Shown here in pieces: positions 15,020 through 27,890 of a stretch of DNA of 64,000 nt. This DNA comes from the human T2T-CHM13v2.0 reference genome, Homo sapiens, in the NCBI RefSeq assembly GCF_009914755.1, contig NC_060940.1; one strand, written 5' to 3'. The translations under genes and the position numbers were made by a program. The notes below the pieces were generated by a model. That model worked only from the letters and a program-made list of their open reading frames with translations, ran no database searches and was not told the DNA's origin. Position 1 is the first letter of the stretch, and each line of letters begins with the position of its first letter.

Positions 15020-15245
15020 AGACATAGTAATAAGCAAAGGGCTCTGGAGCCAGACTGTCTAACTTTGAATCCTGCTTCTGTCCTTTTTCACAATGTTACA
15101 TTGGTTGTGCAAATTGTCTAACCTGTCAGTGCCCCAGGTTTCTCCTGCAAGAAACGGTATCTGCCATATAGGATTACTGCATGAATTAAAACATTTACAA
15201 GTGTCTGACCCATACAGATTTCTGAGTCTTAGCTGCTATTATCAC
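15020..15245 (+). mobile_element. MIR
   Basis: GGGCTCTGGAGCCAGACTG...TTTGAATCCTGCTTCTG...CAGGTTTCTC core. Confidence 0.65.
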
Positions 15246-15535
15246 TCTGATTTATGGTTATAAATACTAACATATATATTAAGCACTGACCAGAAGATAG
15301 ACTCATTTTTCTGTGATTTATACTGTTATGTCATTTGTTATTCACAGAAACCTTGGAGAGTAGGTACGAATTTTTTTTTTTTGGTTTGCTGATGAACCAA
15401 AGTTCAGAAGATCAGTTGATACAGTATCTAACGTTATTCAGTGATCAAGATGCATTTGAGACAGGCCCATTTAAATAGAGACCTAACCTGATTTTGGAGT
15501 GTTGTGCTGCCTTCTCATAATGGAATTTTCCTCTA

Positions 15536-16020
<485 letters not shown>

Positions 16021-17023
16021 CTAAGAGGGCATGATGGTTTGCTAGCAACTTCACCGGCAACAGTCAACAATGTCATTAGGAAAGTTTAAGCTGTATAAAT
16101 TAAGTATGACAAAATTTTTTGTCTGAACAAAATATATATTAAGTTTTATTTAAAAAATAAATAGAGATCTACCAGAGAGAGTTCTGTGAGTTGTCAAGGA
16201 TGTGTGGAAAACATTAAGTGATTTCCTACAAGTATCTCTGCTTTCACCAGTGGTTAAAATATATTTGTAATCTAGAGACAGCAATTGGAGCCAATGAAGA
16301 AAAATGGAATGAAATATTCTACCAAGTTAGTCTGGAACAGAAATATGAAAGATTTAATTAGAGTTCAAAGGCCTCAAGGAAAGTGTGGTTAGAACCAAGA
16401 TGGCAAAGTGCAAGCAACAAATCTAAGTCAGGCTGAAGGACAGTGAGTAGGTTATGTAGCCAGTCACTGAACACCAAGCGGAAATGAGCATGAAATGGGA
16501 ACAAGCTGGGAATCAAGGGAGGAAAGCCTGGAGTTGGCTTGTAATAATTATATTGGTCCTGTAGTTTTCTATCACTTCTTGTCAAGCAAGAATGAGAAAG
16601 GGAGATATTCCCTGGCATCTTAAAATTAAAATCCATGTGATCACAGGGAAATGAAAGCAGCTCCCTTGTCTCAATAAAATTGAATTCATATCCAAATAAA
16701 CTATATTGTCTATATTAAGAACTTCAAGATTCATTGGCTCCTGCAGTGAGGGCGTATAAATGGACAATATGTTCTTGCCCCTATTAAGCACACTCAGAGA
16801 AGGAAGGGAGATTTGGTCCCTGCCTTCAAAGAACTTACAAATCAGCTTCCTCGCACTATATGTGGGTAGCAATATACAAGAGTAAATAGGCAACTTTTGA
16901 CAACTTCTCTGAAATATATGTATCAAAAAATATTTACATTACATATGGAACACTAAGATTTTTTAAAATTGTTTTTCCCTTTGTGAATTGGTAGTAGTAG
17001 TGTTCATTAATAAACAGTTGTTC

Positions 17024-17432
17024 AACCCAAATGCCCATAATGATGGACTGGATAAAGAAAATGTGGCTCATATACATCATGGAATACTGTGCAGCCATAA
17101 AAAGAAAGAGTTCGTGTCCTCTGCGGGGACATGGATGAAGCTGGAAACCATCATTCTCAGCGAACTGACACAGGAACAGAAAACCAAACACCGTATGTTC
17201 TCACTCATAAGTGGGAGTTGAACAATGAGAACACATGGACACAGGGAGGGGAGCATCACACACCGGGGCCTGTAGGGGGTGGGGAGCAAGGCGAGGGAGA
17301 GCATTAGGACAAATACCTAATGCATATGAGGCTTAAAACCTAGATGATGAGTTGATGGGTGCAGCAAAGCACCACGGCACATGTATACCTATGTAACAAA
17401 CCTGCATGTTCCGCATGTGTATCCCAGAACTT

Positions 17433-17463
<31 letters not shown>

Positions 17464-17475
17464 GAAAAGAAAAAT
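17024..17475 (+). mobile_element. 5'-truncated L1PA8-like 3' end
   Basis: AACCCAAATGCCCA...GGATGAAGCTGGAAACCATCATTCTCAGC...GGACAAATACCTAATGCATATGAGGCTTAAAACCTAGATG...CCCAGAACTTAAAGT then poly(A). Confidence 0.9.
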
Positions 17476-17645
17476 AATTATTTGCACATCTAGAATGGTT
17501 TTAGGAAAACTTGTTGGGAATTTCAAGGAAAATCGCATATTTTTATGTGAAAAAAATAGTAACTACAATTTTCTACAATAATTTTAGTTTTGAAGTGTTT
17601 GTAATTATGGGAAAATGCCCAGTCAAGTAAGAAAATAAAAAAATC

Positions 17646-17970
17646 AGCCGGTCATGGTGGCTCACTCCTATAATCCCAGCACTTTGGGAGGCGGAGGCAG
17701 GTGGATCACCTGAGGTTGGGAGTTCGAGTTTGAGACTAGCCTGACCAACATGGAGAAACCCCATCTCTACTAAAAATACAAAATTAGCTGAGCATGGTGG
17801 TGCATGTCTATAATCCCAGCTACTCAGGGGCCTGAGGCAGGAGAATCACTTGAATCCGGGAGGTGGAGGTTGTGATGAGCCGAGATTGTGCCATGGCACT
17901 CCAGCCTGGGCAACAAGAGCAAAACTCTGTCTCCAAATAATAAATAAACAAATAAACAAACAAACAAAAC
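17646..17970 (+). mobile_element. AluSp-like element with (AAAC)n tail
   Basis: GAGGTTGGGAGTTCGAG..., CCTGACCAACATGGAGAAACCCC and GGCAACAAGAGCAAAACTC are Sp diagnostics. Confidence 0.9.
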
Positions 17971-20788
17971 TAAAATAGTAAGAACAACACAAAAATCCAA
18001 AATCCTGATGTAAAAATCTATAGCATGACATAAACATGATCCTAGAGCAGACTCTAGGCTTTGTTTCTTTATAACAAGTACAAATACATTGTAATTTAAA
18101 CATGACCTTTTGCTTGTTTAGAACTGTAAAATGGCTTGAGCATCATTAAAATACAAAACAAGAAATGAGTAAATCTGAAGAAGATCATCCTTTGCTGACA
18201 TAATATCAGATGGAGTCAGACTAGCTTTTTAATGAAGAGTAGTTTATGAAAACCACAACTATAGCCTAAATCAGAATGGGGAACTTTTAAATATCCTTAT
18301 TCAAAACTTGAATTGCATTCAAAGTGGCTTTATTTTCTTTGCGTGCGAAGAAAATTATAAGTGATCTGATATTTTCCTCAGTTTCCCTCCACTTACATCT
18401 CTAAGAACTTTTTTTCCTCCAAAATTCCATGATATTGTCTGTTGTAATATGGCAGTGGTATAAGAATATGAGAGCTTTTAGACTGAAAGAAACAAAAAAG
18501 ACAGTTACCCATGGATAGGAAAAACAGCCTTTTGTTGTCTTCTAAAGGAATCAGGTTTGTATTCTTAAAATCATTTTAAAAAGTACCTTCTGCATCAATT
18601 TTAAGACAAAGCTAATCTAGGTGGAGTGGGGAGAATCAAGAGAAGGGGTTAGTTGAGGGCGGAGGTTTGAGTCAGGTTAAAAATGAAGTCTCCTGTGGGA
18701 CACTCGCTAACATGGTGCTTGGTAGATGTTGTAGAGTCAGGCCAGTGACTTATAGGAGTTACCATTTCTGCTACGCTAATTGCAGCCATGAAAGAAAAAA
18801 GAACAAAGCAATGGTTTAAAAGGAAGGAGAAGGAAAGCAAGAATGGGAGGTAGCTATGCAAAGAAGAAATTTAAGATAGTCATGGAAGAGTGAACTGTTG
18901 TGAATTCATTTCTTATCCCTCTTCTACATATGCTAGCAGTAATACCTTCAGTGAGATTAATTCTTACACCTCTGCTGAGATTCACTAACCTTGTACTGCT
19001 CTGGTATTTTAAAGCCAGGTTTCTTTACAAAAAGATTTTGGCTCAGTTGCTAAATGCATACTATTTTACATTAGGAACAGTGTAAATAATTCAACTGTCT
19101 TTAGTGCACCTGTCAGGAAAATGAGGAAGGCTTGAAGTTTACATGTGCATAAAAGAGCAAGGGTGATAGATAGAAAGACAAGGTCTGTGATCTCTCGATT
19201 CTGTCTTGGCATGTGATAGCTGTGTAGGGCCAGTATTTCCCATTATAAGACAAAAATGAATCCATATTGATCTCTAATCTCTCTTGAGCATCCTTTGGAA
19301 AAATGATATTTATTCACAGAGGAGGTACCAATCACTGCAGAACTCTAATAATTTGCTTCAGATGAAAAATGAGTGTGGAGTCAAATTATACTGAGCTCTG
19401 AGGCAATGTATTTGTTTTATTTTCTCTTGTTTCTCAGCGAGGGTGAATATTGTTATTTAAAACTCTATTATCGCCTATATTTAGATAAAATGTATGGCAT
19501 CTTATTATATAAAGTAGTGACATGCAGTACAAATATAATTTGTATATCTGCTGTCTGTTTATCCCAGGAAATTATATGCTTTTAAAAGGCAGGAGTTTTG
19601 TTATTTATGTAGTGCCCCCCAACTCCAGTGCATAGCAGGATTTAGTACACAAGGTAAGATAACAATCAATATTTGTTTAATAAATGTTTGAAAAATCTGT
19701 GTGCAAGTATAGGAAAACAGGTGTTCTTGCACTAATTCTATTGGTTTAATTGAGTGCAATTGCATATATATTTTATTGTGAGCCACTTCAAAACTCTTTT
19801 GGATGAAGGCAGATTATAAATTATAAATTAATGAAAATTATAATGATTTATGGATTAATGTTCTCATAGAAGACCAAATGTTCCACATTTTCAATCATCT
19901 CTACAGTCCCAAGAACTAATATTCCTGACCTTCTGTTGGTATTCAGTGTTCATATACTGAGGTGGTGAAGATTAAAAATCACATTAAAATCATGGTCAGT
20001 AACACCAAATGTCTCATCTGACTATAACTTTCCTTTGGTTCCCATTAAACTTTTGAACTCCTAGTGAACAATCTGGAAACTTTTTAGCATAATATAAGCA
20101 CATACTCCTAATTTTAATCTGAGGAATTAAAACTGACTGCAATTTATGTTAGATTACATTCAAACGTTTTTACTAGCTAATTCAACAAAATGTAGACATG
20201 TTTTCCAAATACTGACTAATCTTTAAATTCACATTAAGTTTGCGGAGACATTTAATCCATATGCTTCTTACTGTAACTCATCATTTTGTAGGCGAGAATA
20301 GGTCTAAGTTCAGGACTATTTTTTGACTAAGACTCTTTGAGTGTTTTTAATTAACATTTAAAACTTTTTTTAAGGCAGGAAGTTATGTTTGACAAAGTTA
20401 AGGCCAAACACCAAAAGGTTAGTGTTTTGTCTAGAACTCGGCATACATGAATCTTAAATGAATTTTTCACTTGGCTAAAATAAGCTGCCTCACCATTTGA
20501 GAAAATTGATGGGAAATAAGAATATTTGCCATTAAGAAGCTTATGACCGGGTGTTTAATAATAGCTAGAGATGAAGGAAAGGTAGAAGGAAAGGAATCAG
20601 TTTTTTAAAGAAAACAAATTCTTAAATGTTGATCAATGGCCATGCACACCTGAATACTTTCTTTTAAGTTGTTGAGGAATTCTGAAATCCTGGCCCACGA
20701 TTTTTCTCACTTCCTTAGAATTAAATGTAAAATTTATTTCTAAAACTGTTTGTCTAAAACAAGTCAGGTACTCTCCAGTTAGGGGGGT

Positions 20789-20845
20789 CTGTGTGTGTGT
20801 ATGAGAAAGAGAAACAGAGAGAGAGAGAGAGAGAAGAGAGAAGAG
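20789..20845. repeat. (TG)n/(GA)n compound microsatellite
   Basis: Direct reading. Confidence 0.8.
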
Positions 20846-21084
20846 GAAAAGGTAGCAGGTAGGTAGGAGTTTGGGACTTTTTTGGTCATGCCTAATGTTG
20901 GGGATAATTGATGGACTTTTGGTCTGATGATATCTTGACAAAATAAAGAATGTTATGCAAGGTATGAAAATACATCTGGATTGTTTATCTCAAGGAGGAA
21001 AGAACAGATGTTAAGGGTGGAGTTGGAAAGATAAGGAAGGCAGTTGAGTATTCAGATAAAAGAGGAAGAGACTAGAGGAGAATG

Positions 21085-21592
21085 GCACCCAGGTTCAATA
21101 GGTCTCCAGTGATTCTCATTTCCTGGTATATATGCTCTTGGATAGTGTCCTCACCCATTTGATAAGGACTGGCCTGGTGACAAATAACATGACAGAAATG
21201 ATGATGTATAACTGCCGAGGATACGTCATGAAAGACATAGCAGCTTCTGCCCTGGTCTCTTAAATATAATTCCCTCTGTGTGAATGCAGCCATCATGCCA
21301 TGAGGACACTCAAGCAGTTCCTTGTCAAAACATGCTGCCATTCTGTCCATGAGCCAGAACAATCTTGCCAGTCCTGTGAATGAACCATCTTAGAAGCAGA
21401 ATATCCAGTCCCAGGAAAGTCTTCAGGTGACCAGCCCCAGCTGACATCTGACTGTAACCTCATACAGCAAAAACTACTTAGCCAAGCTCCCGAATTCCTG
21501 ACCAGAGAAATCATAATAAATAATCAATCCTTATTGTTGTTTTAAACTATCAAATTTTGAGTCATTTATTAAACATCTGTAGATAAATAACA
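21085..21592 (+). mobile_element. MaLR solo LTR (MLT1F/G/H-like)
   Basis: GACATAGCAGCTTCTGCCCTGGTCTC...GCCATGAGGACACTCAAGCAG...GAATTCCTGACCAGAGAAATCATAA...TTGTTGTTTTAAACTATCAAATTTTG...GTAGATAAATAACA. Confidence 0.75.
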
Positions 21593-21624
21593 TGGCAGGA
21601 AAGGTTGATTCAGAAACAAAATAT

Positions 21625-22190
21625 ACTCATTTATTCAAACATCAAATATACATTGAGGGCCAGGTAATTTGAGGTTTTAATGCAAAAAAAAAAGATCGAT
21701 AGAGTTCTGACTTATTGAATTTATATTCTAATGAAGGTGGACACTTTATCGAATGTTAACAGATTAATAATACAGTAATTATAAATTAAGACATTCCCAT
21801 GAAGAAAATAATATAGGGCTGAAATGAAGAAAATTGGGGGTTAATTGAGAAGAGTTTTCAGAAAACATACTCATGACAGTTTCTCTGAGGAGGTGAAATT
21901 TACATAGGGATAAGAAGGCTGAGAAGGAGCGAGTTTATCACATATTGAGGGAAACATATACTCATGTATGCAAAATACCTGAGCTGAGGAAGGGCTTAGT
22001 ATGTCTGCAGGAAGAAAAAAGAATGTAGAGCAGAGTGAGTGACAATTATGCATAGGGAAGGTAGGACAGGAGGAAGGGTTAGATTTCAAAGACTTCCATA
22101 AGCCATAGTAAGGAGTTAGGCCATTCAATGGCAATCCACAGAAGGATTTCAGCATAGGAAGTAATACTGTAATCAAATTCATTCTACGGG
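21625..22190 (-). mobile_element. L2 3' fragment
   Basis: CTCATTTATTCAAAC...TCTCTGAGGAGGTGAAATT...GGCAATCCACAGAAGGATTTCAGCATAGG. Confidence 0.65.
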
Positions 22191-23374
22191 TGCACGGAAG
22201 CATTCCTTCATCAGAACAAAGACAGGTATCTTAAGGGGTTGGAAATTTATCATGATCAATCAGGGCTTCATGCCTTAGTGAAAGTTCCTGCTAAATGAAA
22301 ATATTTCTACTTATTTTTAGTATATTTGTGCAGAACTATGAGGTGATAACTTGGGCAAACATTTGGAAAAGAATTCCTGGTACAGAAACTTGTTATTGTC
22401 TATTTTTAGAGAATTTAATATCCTCAAAAATAAGCATCTTTGGGTTAGGTTTTTATTTGGAATTCAGTGATATGAAGGCATAGAAATAAAGAACAGAATC
22501 ATTTCTATGAAGTATTATGGGTCTAAGAATCTTCAGGATAAAGATCTTCAGAATTGTAGCTTACAAAAGTGCCACATTATAATCACGAAAATTTTTTTTT
22601 TACCTATATCCTCAGCTCAGTATTCCAAAAGAATGATCATAAGCAGTAAGCATAATAATCTCTTTCTAGTTTAAAGAATCCTAATTGTGCTGAATCATGT
22701 GCAGACACGATTTGACAAAATGTAATAATGCAGTTAACATTTTTAAAAAGAACACATTAATTTTGAATTTGCAATTTGCTGCAATTTAAATAACTATTAC
22801 TTTAATAGTGGATATTAAATTTTAATTTTGCAAATTTTTTCTAAAAGGTTTGAGTGTCAACTCAAATTCAATAATTTGCATTTTTAAAAAAATATATTTC
22901 TCATCAGTGTAAAGTACTGTTTGTCACCTGGCAGGTAATAATTTCCTATCCCAACTCTTAGTTCTGGTTAATATTTTCCTTTTCAAAGAATATATTAAAT
23001 CAAAAGAACACAACATTTTATGCTAATGCAATCTTTGTAAAGGCTGAGACAAAATTTCAAGTACTGATAATTATGAAAACCCTACAAGAGGGTTCTAGAA
23101 ATATTGGTTTTCTTTAATCCTAGAAATGCTGTTCTGTAAAAAGAAAATGATTTTATACATTTATTTTCAAAAGACTAGCTCCGAGTAATATATTTCCAGG
23201 AAGTACATTTCTCAAACAGGCCAATTGATTCACCCATTGAAGCATTTGCATTTCATATTATGTATTTGAGAAAGTCACCAGCATATATCACATATATCAT
23301 TTGTCATTGGAATGATCATTTTGATTTTAAAGTATGTATCAGCTCAAAATGGCAAGTATTTTGAATAATCAAAT

Positions 23375-24110
23375 GCATTCAATAATTCAATAATTAAGAA
23401 ACATTTACTTAGCACATACATTGTTTAGAAATTTTGCTAAGGGATGGGAATCCTAAGAAGAAAAAAAAATCTCTTTCTTCAATAAATTATTAATGCAGTT
23501 CAAGAGATGAAGTATTTCATATTATGTTACTGCTGTAATACATATATTAACATATTATAAAGAAAGAAATTAAAATTAAAGAAGACAACCGCCACAGTGA
23601 GTGTGAAAGGAGGGCAAAGTGAAGGCAGGCTTCCTGGAGGAAGTGATGCTTGAGCTAGGTTTGAAGACAGAGTTAGAGAAACAGGGAAAAGTACCACAGG
23701 AGGAATGGCCAACATGTCCAGAGACACAAAGTGAGAAATACAGGAGAAGCTGCTTGTGATAGCTGGAGACTTATATATACATACATATATATACATATAT
23801 ATATTTATATAATTTATATATATTTATATATAAATATATATTTTATATTTAAATATATATTTATATATTTATATATTATATATATTATATATTTATATAA
23901 TATATAAATATATATTTACATATATTTATAAATATATCATATTTATAAATATATGCAAATATATATATAAATATATAAAATATATATATTTATATATATA
24001 TATTTGCAGTGTGGGCAAAAAGGAAAAAATAACAAAGGTGGAGCAAGATTTAAAAGGACCTTCTTTGCTGTGCTATGGATATGAGGACTTTGTAAGGCAA
24101 AATAAAACCA
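23375..24110 (-). mobile_element. L2 fragment interrupted by a long TA-rich tract
   Basis: CATTCAATAATTCAAT...ACATTTACTTAGCAC...GGCTTCCTGGAGGAAGTGATGCTTGAGCTAGG. Confidence 0.6.
23771..24005. repeat. ~235-bp interrupted (TA)n low-complexity tract
   Basis: Almost entirely A/T, alternating. Confidence 0.95.
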
Positions 24111-25856
24111 TAGGGATATTATTACTGAAATCTTAAATCTACTTTAGAAAAAAACAAAAACTAGTTTATGGATTCTTAAAAAATCATCCTCTGTTGCGTT
24201 TTGCATGCTGATCTTGTCTTAACTCCAAATTTTTGAAAGAGAAACTCAGTACTCTAATACTCACGAAGGTGGCTGCCATGTCAACCTTAGAGAGCAAAAT
24301 CCTTAATTAAGGCTCAGGTCAGCCGCAGTGAAGCAGCAATCTTTCCCATATTGATCTGGATAAACTGCTTAGGAGAGTGAAAATACCATTGTCTCTGTTT
24401 ATTTTCCTTATACAGCCGGAAGTTTAATTTCCACTGTATGGGCTTCAACAAAATAAACTGATGATGCTTGACTCTGCACATTGACTGTCCAATCACCTTC
24501 ACTCTTTATTTCTTGAAGTTGAGGAAGGCAACAGCCACCCATCACATTCAGCCAGTTTTCCCCTGGCCAATGTCTCTGAGGACCTTGGCCTCAGAATATT
24601 GATGTAAAGGTGCCCTTGAGAACAATGTGGAAGACAGACAATCAAAGTCCTGGCTAGAGCACTTGAAGAAATAAACCATGTGACTGTTTTGAGTCATAAA
24701 AGTCATCAATCTAAGTTGAAAAAATAAACCCTCCTACACCCGCACCCCCAATTTGCTTCAGTCTGTTTATTATGTAGCAATCTAGCCAATCATAACTCAC
24801 ATCAAATGCTTTTTGTGTTTGTGAAAAAAATCAGGAAAACCACCTATTGTTATGCAGTTGAGTAAATTAAACTGCTTTTAACCAAATTGCAGGGGGTTTA
24901 TAACTGGATTTCAGGTTTTTTTAAAATACAACTTTAGGTGTGAGTTCCCATGCCCAGGGATATATTTGTGCTAAAATAGTCACAAAAGTTGAGATATGAT
25001 TATTAGTTGTAGATATGATGTAAATTATCCACATTTAGTGTCTTAAGGTAGGTTTATAGCTACAGGACCTGAGATGAGATACATGTGAAATTGATTCAAC
25101 AAAGAAGATCTAGGGTTTGATATCAAGCCCTTTCTCATTTGTCTCCCATTTCCTCTTCTGCTTTCCCCAATCTATTCCCAATCCCACAGAGAGTGGCTTC
25201 ACTCTGATCACATGGGAGAGGTCTGTAGAGTAAGTTACGCCTCAGTATGTCCTAAACGAAACCATGAGTTTTGAAAGCTTTTAACACCCATCAGTCATTG
25301 GCTCAGAATTGCAAAGGAACTTACGTTCTACACCATTTTTAACTCTTTATAAGCTGTCTCCAATAGCTTGAGATCACTATACTAAGAGAACCATAGAGGC
25401 CAACTTTTTTTTAAGTGTCATGAAGCTGGGAAAAGCATAAAAACAGTCAATAGATACATAAGTAAATAAGAATGTCCAAGGAGACATTATGTCCTCTTAG
25501 TTAGTGATTTGATTGGATAGTGGTACACAAACACAGGTTGAAGAGAAGTTATAGAGACCGTGGGAAAGGTAATTTTTATTCAGGGCTATCCTGAGAATTC
25601 ATGACATGCAGATCATCTCAGTGTAATATAGGCATCACCCTTTCAAGCAGTTGATTTATTGAAATGGCAAAAAAAATATAGTTTGGAGAGGTAGTTATTT
25701 TCCTTACAAACAGATTCTAGTGAATGTTGGACATGCATTGAATGATCATTGAGATAATTGTCAGAATAGAATTCTAATCACAATTTTGTTTCATGCCAGT
25801 AAGTTAGGACATAGGAATTTTAAAAGGACTTCTGCCTTATGTGTTAGAGTGAATAC

Positions 25857-26292
25857 AGTGGTGCACCAGTAAGACCCTCCTCCTCAGGGCTGACACATGT
25901 TTTTTTCTGCTGCTAATAACGTTGGATGCTGATGTTTCACAGTTGAATCCTTTCTCAATAAATTGCTTTTGGCTGTAGTGTGCAGCTTCTCCCAAGGCTA
26001 GGCTCTCTCCCTGGGAACAACCTGCGTTTGGTAGAGTTTGAGTATGAAGATCTGAGCACTTCTCTTTATTTTGAAATACCGAAGGGCTCTCCCACCTCCA
26101 CAGTTATTTTTAAGATTGGCTGAGTCTTCCTTTACAGCCAAATTACAGATTAATTTCTCCTACAGTTCTCAGTAGCTCTCTCTGATAAACTTTCTGAAGG
26201 TGTATCTGTGCCTTAGAGTCCCTTTTCTGGGTAATATGGTGTAATACTATGGATGATACATTGGTCCCAGGAAGCAAAATCTAGAATGAAAT
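25857..26292 (+). mobile_element. ERVL LTR (LTR16A-like) followed by the start of internal sequence
   Basis: GACCCTCCTCCTCAGGGCTG...GATTGGCTGAGTCTTCC...GATAAACTTTCTG...CCTTAGAGTCCC then TGGTCCCAGGAAG. Confidence 0.55.
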
Positions 26293-27148
26293 TTTTACTG
26301 TGGAAATATACATGTAACATAAAACTTACCATTTTAATCATGTTAAAATGTACAGTTTAGTGGCATTAATTGCCTTCACAATGTTGTGCAACCATCACCA
26401 CTACCTAGTTCTACAATTTTTTTCACTACCCTAGATGGAAGCCCTATATCTATTAAGCAGTGATTTCCCATTCTCCCCTCCCTCCAGCCTTGAAACAGCA
26501 CTAATCTGTTTTCTGTCTCTATGGGTTTACTATAAATTGAATTGTAGAATATGTGACTTTTTGTGTCTGGCTTCTTTGACTTAACATAATGTTTTTTAAT
26601 ATTATAAGTACTTCATTCCTTTTTATGGCTAAGTAATATTCCATTGTATGGATATACCACATTGTGTTTACCCATTTATCTATTGATAGACATTTGGCTG
26701 TTTCTACTTTTCAGCTACTATGACTACTGTTCTTATGAACATTCATATACAACTTTCTGTTTGAACACCTGGTTTTAATTCTTTTAGGTATATGCCTAGG
26801 TGTGGGCTTTGAATCATAAGGTCATTCTATGTTTAACTTGCTGAGGAACCGCCAAACTGTTCTCCACAGTGGCTGCACCATTTCACATTCCCATGAGCAA
26901 TGTGTAAGGATCCTAATTTCTCTTTCCTCCTCCCCAACACCTGTTATTTTCTGTATTTTTTTATTAAGACCTTTCTAGTAGGTGTCAAGGGGTATCTCAC
27001 TGCGGTTTTCATTTGCATTTCCCTAGTGACTAATGATATTTAATATCTTTTCATGTGATATTTAACCATTTGTAGTCCTTTGCCCATTTTCAGTTGGGGT
27101 GCATGCCTTTTAGTTCTTGAATTATAAGATTCCTTTATGTATTTAAAT
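26293..27148 (-). mobile_element. L1MB-type 3' fragment inserted into the ERVL provirus remnant
   Basis: TTTTTACTGTGGAAATATACATGTAACATAAAACTTACCATTTTAA...TGTACAGTTTAGTGGCATTAA...GAGGAACCGCCAAACTGTTCTCCACAGTGGCTGCACC. Confidence 0.85.
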
Positions 27149-27149
27149 A

Positions 27150-27420
27150 AGATTTTGGTGGTAGAGTACATGCTATGCAGCTGTTAATGTTGACTGCATA
27201 AGAGGTGGTGTCCTGACATCATTTGGCATGCTATAGAGGTACAAATGTGAATATTTTTACTTATAGCGAACTGAGATGTGATACAAGAGAAAGGAAACAC
27301 TCTGCCAGGTGCAGTATCTTAGTCTTCTGAGAAGTTCTAAGAATCTCATAATAACAACTATTATGGAATCATATGTCTCTTGCTGGGAGTTATCAATGTA
27401 TTAGATAAAGATGATGAAAG
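27150..27420 (+). mobile_element. ERVL internal-sequence remnant (ERV3-16A3_I-like), continuation after the L1
   Basis: GATTTTGG...TTGGCATGCTATAGAGGTACAA...GGAAACACTCTGCCAGGTGCAGTATC resembles the recalled ERVL leader/gag-like region. Confidence 0.4.
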
Positions 27421-27679
27421 TATGTAGAAATTATGGATGTTCCTACACTCCAGTCCTAGTCACGGATGGTTATTAACTACTCTGGTGTGAAGAAATCCTT
27501 TCAATGTCCGAGTTTTGCACTGTGTACCTGGTCATCCATTTTATGAAGAAAGAAAAGTAACCCAAGACAGAGATATATATACACACTCATGGATGGTTGA
27601 TAACAGCATGTATTGTTAGTCTGAGGCCTAGAAGGTAAAGAATTGAAAGATAAGAAACAAGGAGGTCTGCAGAAGTAGG

Positions 27680-27890
27680 ATGTGATTGGACCTATGGGGA
27701 CTGAGACGCCACCACAAATGCTGATTAAAGTAAATGACTTGGTAGTAACTGTGGAGATGAAACAAGTTGCCAAATTCTGGATATAGTTTGAAGGTAGAGT
27801 GAAAAAGATGCCTTTATGATTAGACAGGGTTTGTGGAAAAAAGCAAAAAGTCAAGGAGGTTTCAGAGCTTTTGTGCCTGAAACACCCACA
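27680..27890 (-). mobile_element. L2 fragment
   Basis: GTGGAGATGAAACAAGTTGCCAAATTCTGGATATAGTTTGAAGGTAGAG...GTCAAGGAGGTTTCAGAGCTTTTGTGCCTG. Confidence 0.55.
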
